NCBI RefSeq assembly: GCF_009914755.1
Contig: NC_060925.1
Origin: the human T2T-CHM13v2.0 reference genome, Homo sapiens
Direction: 5' to 3' (one strand)
Length of the DNA stretch: 64,000 nt
Below are positions 1 through 13,226 of the stretch, piece after piece. A program made the translations under genes and the position numbers. The notes below the pieces were generated by a model. That model was not told where the DNA came from. It searched no databases and saw nothing but the letters and a program-made list of their open reading frames with translations. Every line of letters begins with the position of its first letter. The stretch's first letter is position 1.

Positions 1-194
1 ATAGACCCAGACAGGACAACAATTTGTCACCTTCTTAGCATGGGGAACAATGATATTATCATGATTTTTTAAGTCATATCTTAAAATTTGAGCCAAAGAG
101 TGCACCCATTGTTACAACACATCATTGCTTTCCAGTATTTAAAACTGCAGGAGAGGCAAGGGCTCTAACCTCTAGTTTTATTTGTATCAGTGCA

Positions 195-292
195 TTGCTA
201 TGACTTCTGGCAAGATAGCTGATATGCGCAGGCTTCTGCTTCCTCACTGTAAAGCAAGGTTTGGACTTCATGATCTTAAGTGTCTCCTAACT
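195..292 (+). mobile_element. MIR-family SINE relic
   Basis: tgacttctggcaag...cttcctcactgtaaa...ggtttggacttcatgatcttaag resembles the MIR core/3' end; heavily diverged. Confidence 0.5.
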
Positions 293-2198
293 GCTAACCA
301 CTAACGAATCCTGAGAAGAATACTCTCCCCAATTTTATTCCAACAGCTAATGGGAAAGGGTGAGTCTTCTCACTGCATTGACAAAAAATTGCTTTTAACG
401 AAAAAGAATGCCAGATGGAACTGGGCTGCTGAGAATAACCAGGAACTTAAAGTGAATTGTCAAAAACAAGTTGACCTAAAACAATTTTCTCAAAGTCTAA
501 GTGTTGGAAAGAATAAATTGGTCAAAAAAATCATCTAATACAGATTTTTCATTTTAGTAATTTTGATGCACTTGAAGAAGTTTTATTAGCTTTCATGAGT
601 AATTAAGCTTTTTTGTCATTTTATTCCCCACAATTTTCAGGGGAACAAAGGTTCCTTTTCTTTTTTGTTTCTAATTCATATAGTCAATTATGTCTGCTCT
701 GCTCATTTGTCTTAAAGTTAATTATTCTAAAAATCAATGTTTCCAACTGCCAGTTAACATTATTTATAATTTTGAAATTTGTTATAATTCTTAGAACTTT
801 TATCCATATTTTTTATGTTATACTTCTTACTACATAATTTCACTTTTTAAAATGTTTAGATTCATTTTCAGCCAGTGATGTTAACTTCATTTACTTAATC
901 CTATTTTGTGTTCCATTTTGGTTGCACATTTCTTACGTATTTCAGCAAATTTTACAGAGCAGCATTTTTACTACTCAAGGTTGCTGTCAGATTGAAGCTG
1001 TAATGAAAAACATGTAAAGTCTCAGTGTGGCTTCTCAGACAGCTATAAGCTTAGGCTAAAATTTGTTGACCTAACAATGAATAAATGTTTCATGGGTAAA
1101 ACTCTTGATAGCAATTGGCTCTGGGCCCCTAGTAACTTCACTGAAGAAAGCTAGGAAAAGAAATATATGCTAGCTTTTCTGATCCAGTTAATCACTACAT
1201 TAACTTTATAGTTGAAAGCCTTCATGACTGAAATGAAAAATGCAGAATGTTCTAAGTCAATGTGGTGATTAACACAACTTCAACGATATCCAGTAACTTT
1301 ATTCTTCAGAATCATCTTTTGTCACATCACATCTTTAATTCTGCAGATTCCTTGGAACACACAATTGTTACAAAAGAGCAAATGACTAATTAAAACAGAT
1401 TTAGACTAGGTCGGTTTGAGCAATTTGGTACAAAATCATAAAAGTATTGCTAAATCAGAAAAGCAAACATAATGGGATGAAAATGCATCATAAATTGAAA
1501 ACAGAAGTTTAAAAAACTGGAGAAAAATCTTCTAAATCCTGAAAAAGGAAAAAACAAACCATTACAATTCTAAACACCTTCCACATTATTTCCACATTAA
1601 TAATATATGAATAACCAATTATAGAAGAATAGTCACGTTTTATCATTTTTACTAGTTTGGTTTTAGGCAAATTGTTTTTGACCAAATTGGCAGCTAACAA
1701 ATAGAAGCAGTGATTTGAGCCAATACCCTTTAAATGTGCTAGGGTGATTCATGGTGCTATTTTAAACAGACAGAATTTCATCTGGGTTTATTGACACAAT
1801 TTATCTCAAACTCTTCAACTTCTTGCTCTTTGGTTCTAGAATTTCTTTTCAGTTCTGACCTCCCCACATGTGTCTGATGTTGGAATTCTCATCGCTGGCC
1901 TCTGCTTTCATTTACATCTAGTGAGAACTAGACCAGGTTTTCAGCTTTCTGCTTTCATCATTCCTTTTGTTCATTAGGTCCTTTTTCTTTCTTTGGAACC
2001 AAAATGGTCCAGGATGCTCACCAAGGCTTCTCCCCCTTATTATCTCTAGTAATCACCCTTTAAGATGAGGCTGCCATCTCAGGGATTCCCACAGTTCTCT
2101 CTGGCTGTTGTAACCAAGTCAGGGTCTCAGGGACTCAGGGACTCCAAAATCTGTCTCCTAGCTTCTTATGGGGCAGACATTCTTATTTCTTCCCTCAG

Positions 2199-2264
2199 AT
2201 CCACAAGGGTATACCAATTGGAAGCCATACTGGTATTATATGAACCACCCTTCCTGATCTTAAG
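2199..2264 (+). other. Candidate 66-nt internal exon (host transcript unknown)
   Basis: Strong acceptor cattcttatttcttccctcAG (ends 2198) and consensus donor AAG|GTAAGA (2265). One frame is open (STRVYQLEAILVLYEPPFLIL) but I do not recognise it. Confidence 0.3.
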
Positions 2265-2376
2265 GTAAGATCTTACCTATCTTTTATCTTACCTCCAATA
2301 AGGTAAGATAAAGGAGTAAACATACCTTAACAAACTGGGTCAGATTTTCTTTACCTAGTATCTGGAAGACTGTTGT

Positions 2377-2723
2377 TGATATGGTTTGGCTGTGTCCCCA
2401 CTCAAATGTCATCTTGAATTTCCATGTGTTGTGAGAGGGACCCAGTGGGAGGTAATTGAATCATGGGAGCAGGTCTTTTCCATGCTGCTCTCGTGGTAGT
2501 GAATAAGTCTCAAGAGATTTGATGGTTTTAAAAACAGGAGTTTCCCTACACAAGCTCTCTTCTCTCGTCTTCCACCATGTGAGATGTGCCTGAAATCTTG
2601 TCCTTCTGCCACTGAGTGGCTTCTCCAGCCACATGGAACTGTAAGTCCAATAAAGCTCTTTCTTTTGTAAGCTGGCCGGTCTTAGGTATGTCTTTATCAG
2701 CAGCATGAAAGTGGACTAATACA
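2377..2723 (+). mobile_element. THE1 (THE1A-like) MaLR solo LTR
   Basis: TGATATGGTTTGGCTGTGTCCCC...GACTAATACA termini; perfect 5-bp TSD GTTGT (2372-2376 / 2724-2728). Confidence 0.95.
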
Positions 2724-3059
2724 GTTGTCATCTTTGTAAGTGACTAGAATATCATATAAGTCAGATGCTGAGGCTGGGAAGGCATTTTGCATCATGTCAA
2801 TCAGTAAGTCAGAGAAAGCTAGTTGTTGCTTGTAACCTCAGAAAGATATTTTATTCTTTGTTAAGCAATATTCCTTCATGATTAATCAATGTTGAACAGT
2901 TTGACATTTATTGCTAGCCAACAGAAGCCAATTCTCATTGAACTGTAAACAATGTGTATATCCACAGCTTAGTGACCTTTTCCTGTTTAGTATATTCATG
3001 TGCACAGTAACAAATTAAATACCTACAATTGTTTGTGTACTTTTAAAAAAACTGTCGTG

Positions 3060-3209
3060 AAGGCCGAAGAACTACCTATTCAGTACTGTGCTGACTAATG
3101 GGGTGACAGATTCAATCATACCTCAAACCTCAGCATCAAACAATATACTTTTGTAACAAACCTGTGTATGTTCCCCTTGATTCTAAAATAAAACTTGAAA
3201 GAGAAAAAA
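3060..3209 (+). mobile_element. L1PB/L1MA 3' end fragment
   Basis: aaacctcagcatc...gtaacaaacctg...ctaaaataaaa followed by an A-rich tail. Confidence 0.75.
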
Positions 3210-3214
3210 ACATC

Positions 3215-3700
3215 AGTAAAATAACAGAATTTACTATCTTAACCATTTTTAAGCATATAGTTCATTACTAACTTAACCATTTTAAAGCACATAGTTCAGT
3301 AGTGTTCATATATTCACAATGTTATGCAAGCAATCTTCAAAATTCTTTTGATTTCACAAATTAAACAACAGCTCCCTAGTCTCTCTTTCCCTTCCCCGGA
3401 GAAACCACCATTCTACTTTCTGTCTTTATGAATGTGACTACTCTAAGTACCTGATATAAGTGGAATCATATGTCATATAGTATTTGTCTATTGTGATTTG
3501 CTTATTGCTTTTAACATAATGTCTTCAAAGTCCATTCATGTTGTAGCATGTGTCCGGATGTCCTTCATTGTTAAGGCTGAATAATATTCCGTTGTATGTA
3601 TGTACCACATTTTCTTTATCCATCCATTTATCGATGGATACTGGATTGCTTCATTTCTTGGCTATTGTGATCAATGCTGCAATGAACATGGGCATACAGA
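3215..3700 (-). mobile_element. L1MB-type 3' fragment
   Basis: aaccaccattctactttctgtct...aagtggaatcata...gctgaataatattcc is an antisense L1M 3' end; contains a ~27 bp tandem duplication (3238-3264 / 3272-3298). Confidence 0.85.
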
Positions 3701-3769
3701 TAGAAGGCGAATGTTTAAATGGAAAGAAGATAAAAGGATACATAGAGGAAACTAGAGACAATAAACAGA

Positions 3770-3941
3770 TTCCTGATCCCTTTCCTGCTCCTAGCTATCA
3801 TCATCTATTGCGATCCACTTGCATTTCTGTTCTTGAGTTATGTGAGTCACCTCTGCATTTATATACAATAAATTCTCCTTTTTTGCCTAAGGTAGCTCAG
3901 ACTGGTTTCTCTTATTTACAGCCAGAGTCTTGACTAATATA
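3770..3941 (+). mobile_element. MLT1-family MaLR LTR 3' part
   Basis: aataaattctcctttttt...ggtttctc...gagtcttgactaatata matches the MLT1 3' terminus. Confidence 0.7.
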
Positions 3942-5546
3942 TGGTTAGGAGAAAATCTCTGCAAATAAAGACAAGTCCAACTCATGACAAATATTTCTTT
4001 TATTCTGTAAATAAGAAATAAGATAAAATTTCACTGTCAACAAAGAAATTACAAACTGCAAGAACCATCATAAGGTGGAACTTTTGCAACCTCCCAGACC
4101 TTTAATAAGAAGCTGAGAAAAGGAGGAAAAATTCCTTCATGAGACCCAAGAGGAAGGTTAATGACATTTTAGATTTGGTTATTCTTTTTGTTCTGCTTTT
4201 GCTTCAATTTTTTACTGTCTCCCTGCAAAACCAGAACTGTCCAACAGGGATTGAATTTCCTGTGGACAGTTTGTCTTTCATAAGCTTCACAGACAAAATT
4301 AACCAGCAACGGAAAAATAAGATGACATTACTATTTTTGCAAGTTTAAAATCATTCTGCCAAGTATCTATTGTATGTCTCATTTTTTTTTCTTAATCCCT
4401 TGGCTTCATCTTCTTTGAAATTACTGCTATAAGAGTTAAGATAATACATATTACTAGTATCCCGGCATCCAAACAGAAGAGTTTTTCTCATCCCACGTTT
4501 CATAGAAGCAGTTGAAACAAAAACAAATTGCCACATAGCCTCTCTCTTATCCCTGTCTTGTGGTTTTCATAAAGATGTTAGCTTGGAAATTTCATCAAGT
4601 CTGAAAGATACCAAGTGATCTTTTCTTCAAAAAAAATTGGTAGTAAACCTCTCTTCAAAAAAAATTTAATTTCTATATTTATTTGACCCAGTCTTCTATC
4701 CATTTTCTCCAAAGTAATTTCAGTATTCAGACCTTGACTCCTAACTCCCACAAAATTCTTTGTGTTTCTGCCTCTTCCTTTCCCATCACTCCTCTCAATA
4801 ATTTTCTCAAATAACCTGCTTCTTTTTCTCATCATACTTTGGCCTTGTATTTTTTTAACCTGCTTTCTCTTTTTTTCCACACTGTCTGGATAGTTTTATT
4901 TTAAAAACTTGATTTCTAAGGGACGGTGCTAAAGAGAAGATACGCGACAAAGACAGAGGGGAAAGGGATATATTTTTAAATGCTTCTAAGTACCCATGCT
5001 GGTGTTCTCCCTCTGTGCTAAGACACAGCAACCTGAATTTATGGCATGCTTAGAGTTTCGTACTGAAAAAGCATAAAGACCTATAGAAAACCCCTCCAAA
5101 AACCTCCTAAAAAAAATCTGCACATGTTGACATAGTTGAATGATGTCATCAGCCAAATCATGCATTGGGAGAGAAATTAATATTTAAATAATATAAACAT
5201 CCAGGAGAACTGTACTCCTGCAAACTTTCTTTACGTTGGAATCCTTGTCTGGTTAAACTTCTTATACTAAATCAATGTGAGAAAATATAACATGGGATCA
5301 AATAACTTCTCTTAAATGACTTTTCCTCATGCTACTCACTGAGGAATTATTAAAGATTTAAAAGTTAAATTGACTTTTGGCTGTATACAGATTAATTTAA
5401 TTCAACAATAAAATGTCCTAGTTATATTTTTGTATATATTCATGCTCTTTCAAGGTCAGAAAAAAATAAAAGTTTTGTGTGGCTTTTAAAAACAGCTGCC
5501 TAAATCATATAAAATTGCTTCGACTGATTTTAAAAAAAACATTCCA

Positions 5547-5677
5547 TGCTGGAGCAGTGGCTCAGGCCTATAATCCCAGCACTTTGGGAGGACAAGGCAG
5601 GAGGATTGCTTGAGTCTAGGAGTTTGAGACCAGCCTGTGCAACATGACAAGACCTTGTCTCTACACAAAATTGAAAA
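5547..5677 (+). mobile_element. Alu left monomer (FLAM_C/AluJ)
   Basis: cagtggctcaggcctataatcccagcactttgggagg...ggattgcttgag...gaccagcctg. Confidence 0.9.
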
Positions 5678-5834
5678 CTAGTATTTTTTTAAAGAACCCA
5701 TTTCGTGTCTGCAATTAATGACATATTGTCCAGTCAATAGTTCCCATTTAGCATGAACATGTAGAAGCAGATGCTGAATCTCAGCCATCATAGCCTCTGT
5801 CAAAGCTAAAATATATAGTAAAACTATAAAATTT

Positions 5835-6290
5835 ATTATTCAAATATTTATCAATGCCTATTTTGTGCATTGTCACTAAAAACTGATAGGGAAGGAATCC
5901 ATTCAAGACATAGACAACTTCTCCCAAGGAACTCATTAGCTTAGTTGGAGAGATTGAATATACATTCACAAAAGAATTATTAAAAATACAACATACAACC
6001 TGATAAGTGTAAAAATGTCAAATGAAAATTGCAAACAAAAATTCCTACTGAGATTCACACAAGGGAAACAGTCATTGACATGGGTGGACGGGAGAGTCCA
6101 GAGGAGGTGCAAGGCTGAGCTTGGAATAGTTTGCAGGGATCAGGGAAGCAGGAACTCAGAGCAGGGCATTACAGGTGCATGACTGTGGGATGGAGAATAT
6201 GATCAGAGACAAAAACAAAATCATTCCCATCCTGCTTGAGGGGAGGGAAAAAAGAATAGAGCAGTGTGTCTAGATAGGAGAGTTATCAAG
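5835..6290 (-). mobile_element. L2 relic
   Basis: ttcaaatatttatcaatgcctattttgtgc... resembles an antisense L2 3' region. Confidence 0.55.
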
Positions 6291-9200
6291 AGAAAAAAAA
6301 AACAACTCATCCGACTTCTCCAATAAGGATGAAAAAAAGCTTTTCAACTAGTGAACCAGCTGCAGAGACACTAGGGTTCTCATATGGTTATGTCTTACAC
6401 AGAAAAAGAAATAGATATCTGCCTAACTAAAGCAACCTTAATGACTTTCAACAAATATTACAGAAACTCGTATGTATATTCAGAGTTTCTAAGCTAAAGA
6501 GAGAGACATTTAACAGAAAATAAAAGTGAAATAAAGCAAATACCCCTGTAGTTTATCTGTGGCAATTTTCTTTAAGGAAATACACATACATTGAATATGT
6601 TTCTTTGACTATGCACAAACACACACACATGTCCAAGTAGAGTATAAATAAAGATTATACTGCTGGTATTTTACTTGTTATTTTGAAACATAAGATTGAG
6701 ATTTGTGAGTAGAACTTTAAAGTTCAAAAATCAATGAGCAAAATTTAATCAGTAAGAGAGTTGAAAAATCTTTTTTGTGCACCTTTATTAAAGATTAGGC
6801 TTAAGACTGCCCTCACAAAGCACAAAGAAGAGTATTTCCTAGACCTGATGCACTTTATTCTCACAAAGATCTTCTCAGATTAGATTACGCATGCACCTAA
6901 GGGGATGTGGTTGTGTGCTGGTGCAGGATGCCATGAGATAAATGCACCACATCTTCCTGGAGTTACAATTTTATCCAATGATTTGGAAGTAGGGCAAGTT
7001 AAGTAATTTAATAGTAAGTAATTGAAGACATAGTTTTTATATTAAAGCACATACAGAAAAATTATACTGCAGAGTACAAAATGCTCCTGAAATTTCATGA
7101 GAAAATATGAAGCATCAAATAAATTTCCTACATGGTTGGTTGCAAGGAATTTCCCACATAGCAAGAGAAACAAAGAAGGCTGCTTAACAGAGTTTCAAGC
7201 TAGTTTACTCTCCTTACTTTGGGAGAAATTTTTACAGTATAATTGCTCTAGTAGATTATTCCTTCCATACTTACGTAGCCTGCTTTTTAGTTAATCTTAT
7301 TATTTAAATAGTTGAAAGATAATCGATCATGTAAGGTTGTTTTCCAGTTTTTAAGGACAAGTTTAGTAACCCATTCTAACTTTATGCGTGCCTCTGGGGC
7401 TTCAGGCTGGTGACAATACCTCCAATCCCATCTCCATCCCGTTGAGTTGGTCCTGAGTCCCAAACAATGCTTCCTAGGGCTGTGGGTAATGCCAGACAAT
7501 CAGTTCAGTCTGCACCATTAACCTCCAGGGATTAGTAGCTCTCTGTGCAATTGAATGTTCCCAGATAAGTCCCTGTGGTGAGCCACCTGCCAGGACTCAG
7601 CACTTCACAGGCAAAGCTAAGAAGCTAGTAAAAGATTTAAAGCTCAAACTTGAGCTGAGCAATCAGGATATTTTTCTCCCACAATTTACAGCTACTGTGG
7701 CATGACCTAATTTCTTATTCCCCATTTTTTCTCTTTAAATTTTGAGGTTTGATTTACCTGATAGAATTTGTTTCACAAAAATTAATGGAAGAAACATCAA
7801 TTTTCCTATCATAAAATTGGAAAGCATACTGCAATCCAACATAACCTTTAAGCTTTCGTTAAATTCCCATATGTTAACACTTGATACATATTAAAATAAG
7901 AGCTCTTAGAGTTTTGCAAGTAAGGACTACCTTTCATTTGTTTGATGGAAACACCCAGCCAGTAGCAGAAAAACATATGGGGAGATCCACACTCTATGTG
8001 GTGTGCACACAAAGTATACAGATCGTAAAACATAGGATTGACTCATTGTAAGTTGACATATTGATGTATAAAGTGGTATAAGGTTATCAATTTGTATCCT
8101 GAAAAGGGGATAAGTGTTTTGCTATAAAATGAGATAGAGTAGGAGGGAACAAATGGAACCTATTCATGCCTGAAACAACTAAAACAGACAAAATATACGA
8201 TAAAACCATTTTGAAGACACTAGATATCTGGTAACTAAGGGCAATAAACCCAGAGAGATGAGAAGCAAGTGAGATGTGCTCTGATTTCCCCAGTGTAGTG
8301 GCTTAATTGTTTGGGGAAACCATGGTGCATGGAGAGTAACCTCGGGTAAAACCTGTCAACTCTCTGAGAAGACAGAGATGAAAATGTGAGGAAAACAAAG
8401 TGGCTAGATTTTGCCAGAGAGAATATTGGCAAAAAGAGAGCTACAGAGAGAAAAAACTCCAGAGACCTTGAAGGGTCCTCCTCAAATATTCAGCAGAGTA
8501 CCAGTCAGTGCACATGTATGAGGAAACTCCTCATGGATGGGTAGAATCATCCCAGAGGATTACAGAGAGCAATGTTCAGTGTTCACATAGACCAAGAACA
8601 GTTCCTGTTTCCATCACCCAGACTGGAAAAACATAATTCATGGCACATCGGGTAGAGTGATTCAAAAGGGTCTTGCTTCAGTAATGGGAAATGATTATCC
8701 CTATGCTGAATGCTGACCTGCTCCTACATTTAGTAGATTGTAAATCTTCTTTTTAAAATTCTTAAAAGAAAGACATGGATGGATCAAACTATTTCTTAGT
8801 AACCAATTGTTTATAAGAATACAAAAATATCTTGCATTGAACAAAATAATATTCACAATATCTTGCATCCAATCAAAGAGTAAGAGGCATACAAAGATGC
8901 AGGAAAATATAATCCATAATGAGGAGAAAAGCCAATTAAAACCAATCCAGAACTGACACAGATATTAGAACTAGCTAACAATGACATTAAAACAGTAATT
9001 ATAACAGTATTATTGGTGGTGATTAAAAAAGGCACAAATTGGACATCAAAGGGCAAAAACTACAAAATCTGAAATAAACAGTGCTCTGGATGGAATTAAT
9101 GGTAGATCAGACGTCATAGAAAACTAATGAATTTGAAGGCATAGTAATAGAAACTATCCAAACTAAAACTAATAAAAATATAAAAGAACATTAAGGATTT

Positions 9201-9605
9201 GTACAATTTCAAGCAGCCCAGTGTTAAGGTTCCCTAAAACACAGTAAAAATATTTGAAGAACTAATGGCTTAAAGATGTTCAAAAAAATTTTTTTAAGAA
9301 AACTATAAGCACTTAGATTCAAGAAGTTCAATTCACTCCAAGCACAAGACATTTGAAGAAAACCATACCAAAGTACTTTATAGTCAAATTATTTTTAAAA
9401 ACTTATGATAAAAAAATCTTAATAGCAACTGGAGAAAAAAATCCTTATATGCAGAGGAATAAAGATCAGAATAATAGCATATGTCTCATCAAAAACAATG
9501 CAAGAAAAAAAGAGGGAAGTGAAAAATCATTAAAGTACTGATGGTAAAAGCAAATACAAAAAACCTACCAATCAAGGATTCTACACTTAGAAAAAATACA
9601 TTTCA

Positions 9606-10338
9606 TGCAAATCAAAACCACAATGACATACCATCTCACACCAGTTAGAATGGCGATCATTAAAAAGTCAAGAAACAACAGATGCTGGAGAGGATGTGGA
9701 GAAATAGGAACACTTTTACATTGTTGGTCGGACTGTAAACTAGTTCAGCCATTGTGGAAGTCAGTGTGGCGATTCCTCAGGGATCTAGAACTAGAAATAC
9801 CATTTGACCCAGCAATCCCATTACTGGGCATATGCCCAAGGATTATAAATCATGCTGCTATAAAGACACAGGCACATGTATGTTTATTGCGGCACTATTC
9901 ACAATAGCAAAGACTTGGAACCAACCCAAATGTCCAACAATGATAGACTGGATTAAGAAAATGTGGCATATATACACCATGGAATACTATGCAGCCATAA
10001 AAAATGATGAGTTCATGTCCTTTGTAGGGACATGGATCAAGCTGGAAACCATCATTCTCAGCAAACTATCGCAAAGACAAAAAACCATACACCGCATGTT
10101 CTCACTCATAGGTGGGAATTGAACAATGAGAACACATGGACACAGGAAGGGGAACATCACACACTGGGGCCTGTTGTGGGGTGGGGGGAAGGGGGAGGGA
10201 TAGCATTAGGAGATATACCTAATGTTGCATGACGAGTTAATGGGTGCAGCACACCAACATGGCACATGTATACATATGTAACTAACCTGCACGTTGTGCA
10301 CATGTACCCTAAAACTTAAAGTATAATAATAAAAAAAA
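9606..10338 (+). mobile_element. 5'-truncated L1PA3/PA4
   Basis: ORF2 C-terminus ([14 protein letters not shown]), G-rich 3' UTR, poly(A); 17-bp TSD AGAAAAAATACATTTCA (9589-9605 / 10339-10355). Confidence 0.96.
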
Positions 10339-11808
10339 AGAAAAAATACATTTCAAAAACAAAGGTAAAATAAACATTGATTTTTGGCTATACAAAAGCC
10401 GAAAGAATTCACCAGTAGATTTACACCAAATATATTTTAAATAAAGTACTCTAGGAAGAAGAAAAATAACATCAGTTAGAATAGTAACTACATGGGTAAA
10501 TATAAAAAGTTTTAATATTTAAATTTCTTTAAAAGGTAATTGGCTATATCAACAAAAATAATAATATTGTATTGAGAGTTTATAACATGCATTAATGAAA
10601 TATATAACAACAGTAGCATAGGGGAAATGTAACTACACTATTGAAAAATTATTCTACATGAAGTAATATAATCTCACTTGAAAGTACACTATAATCAATG
10701 AAAGATATATAATATAAATCCTAAAGCATCAACTAAAATAGCAAAAAGTTATGGTTAATAATCCAACAGAAGAGATAAAATAGAATGAAATATTCAATTA
10801 CTCTAAAAGGAGGCTGAAATAGTGAATAAAGAACAAATGGAACAAATAGAAATGAAATAACAGGATGATAGACTTAACTCTAATGATGTCAATCATCATA
10901 TTAAATTTAAATGTTCTTAACACTCAGATCAAAAGGCAGAGATTGTCAGATTGAAAAACTTGAAGAAGAGAGAGTACTTCCTAATTCACTTTATGAGGAT
11001 AGCATTATCCAGATACCAAACTCAGACAAAGACATTGGGGAAAAAACTATAAACTAGTATTTCTTACAAAAAAAATTAGTGAATCAAATTCTAAAGTATA
11101 TAAAAAGTAATTATAGGCTTTATGCCAGGAAGGCAAGTTTGACTTAACATTCAACAATCAATCAATGTAATTCTCCATGTTAACAAATTTAAAAAGTAAA
11201 GCCTGATCATTCAATAGACGCAGGAAAAACATTGGACATAATCCAGCATTCATGCCTGGTAAATATTCTCAAAAAACTAAGGATGGAAGACTTCATCAAC
11301 TGTACAAAAGGTAAAAATCTACAGTTAACTTCATACTTTATGATGAAAGATGGAATGCTATATTTTCCCCTAAAACAATGGACAAAATAAGGGTGTCTAC
11401 TCTTCCATTCAGCATTGAATTAGAGAGTTGTAGCCTGTGGAATAATGTGAGAAAAAGAAATAAAAGCAGTGGAAAGTAACCTAGGAAAAGAAAATGAAAT
11501 TTGTTTTGTTCATAGATGACATGATCACCTTGGAAAATGTGATGAAATCTACACATAAGCTACTAGAACTAGTAAATGAATTTGGCAAGTTTGCAGGATG
11601 TAAGATTAAAGTAAAATATTAATTGTATTTCTAAGCATTCTGTTTGAATCAGAGGAGAATGTTTTGTAAAACATGACAAACTGATTCTAGAGTTCATATA
11701 GAAATACAAATAGCCTAGAACAGCCAAAACAACTTTGAAAAAGAACAAAGTTGACAAGCCAGAACTATCTGATTTCAAGACTTTATTATATGCTCCACTT
11801 ATTTATTG

Positions 11809-12015
11809 TGCTCCACCTCCTTGAGAGACAGTAGCTACATAAATAATTTGGAATTCTTCGAAGTCAGAGATTTGCTTCTTCTATCCACTAATTTATTTAT
11901 TTATTCATATCTGTGTGGGTCCATTAATATTTATTTTATAGTCTGGGTTATAAACCAATACAACTTTATTTTGTTGCTCAAATTGTTCCAGCTTTGGTCA
12001 TTGAGAGCTCTTTCA
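11809..12015 (+). repeat. Dispersed direct copy of 17235-17438 (templated insertion)
   Basis: Direct alignment shows 3 substitutions and one 3-bp indel over ~204 bp; flanked by three copies of TTTCAAGACTTTATTATA. Confidence 0.95.
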
Positions 12016-12067
12016 AGACTTTATTATATAATTTATTTCAAGACTTTATTATAAGTTTACAGTAATC

Positions 12068-12240
12068 TTAGCTGAGCATGGTGGCACATGCCTGTAGTCC
12101 TAGTTACTTGGGAGGCTGAGGCAGGAGGATTGCCTGAGCTCAGAATTTGAGGCTGTAGTGAGCTATGATTGTACCATTGCACCCCAGACTGGGTGACAGA
12201 GAGAGACCCCATCTCTAATGAATAAGTAAATGAATAAAAA
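12068..12240 (+). mobile_element. Alu right monomer (FRAM/AluJ)
   Basis: ttagctgagcatggtggcacatgcctgtagtcc...gaggctgtagtgagctatgat; degenerate TSD (tttacagtaat / ttgcagtaat). Confidence 0.9.
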
Positions 12241-12262
12241 TTGCAGTAATTAAGACAATGTG

Positions 12263-12636
12263 TATATTAGTCTGTTTTCACATTGCTGATAAAGACATAC
12301 CTGAGACTCAGCAATTTACAAAAGAAAGAGGTTTAACTGGACTTACAGTTCCACATGGCTGGGGAAGCCTCATAGTCATAGCAGAAGGCAAGGAGGAGAA
12401 AGTCCCATCTTCCATGGATGGCAACAAGCAAAGAGAGAATGAGGAAGACGCAAAAGCAGAAACCCCTAAAAAAACCATCAGATCTCGTGAGACTTTTTCA
12501 ATACCATGAGAACAGTATGGGGGAAACCACCCCCGTGATTCAATTATCTCCCACTGGGTCCCTCCCACAACATGTGGGAATTATGGGAGTACAATTCAAG
12601 ATGAGCTTTGGGTGAGGACACAGCTAAACAATATCA
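12263..12636 (-). mobile_element. THE1 (THE1A-like) solo LTR
   Basis: Reverse-complement THE1 termini; TSD ATGTG (12258-12262 / 12637-12641). Confidence 0.95.
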
Positions 12637-13226
12637 ATGTGGTATCAATGTCATGAGAGACAAACAGATAAAATGGGAAAGAATACAGGCCACAAATAGA
12701 CCCACACATATATGGACTGCTTATTTTTGACAAAGGTGCAAAAAAAATTCAGTGGGGAAAGAATAGCTTTAAAAAATGCTGTTATAAAAACCTGTTATCC
12801 ATATGCCAACATAAATAAATACCAATGCATACACAATCTAATTTATATAAAAATTAATCCCAAATGGATCATAGACATAAATATAAAACCTAAAACTGTA
12901 AAACTTGTATAAGAAAACAAACGAGAAAGCCTTTATGACCTTGGGTTAGGCAAAGAAAAAAATTAAAAATTGATAAATTAGACTTTATCTAAATTTAAAA
13001 CCTCTGTTCTTAAAGACATTGCTAATTGGATGAAAACATAATTTTCTACTGGAACAAAATATTTGCAAGTATATGTCTGATAATAGGCTTGCACCCAGCA
13101 CATACAAAGAAATCTCAAAACTCAAAAGTAAGAAATCAACCCAATAAACAACTGAGCAAAAGATTTAAACAGACACTTGTCCAAAGAGTGCATGAAGAAA
13201 AATAATTTTAAGTAAGGCACATAAAA

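Noticed and set aside
7270-7500. Minus-strand donor (TAC|GTAAGT at ~7274) and a 70-aa ORF
   Set aside because: No convincing paired acceptor, the ORF stops before the donor, and the peptide is unrecognised
10175-10200. G-quadruplex-forming tract
   Set aside because: Standard feature of the L1PA 3' UTR
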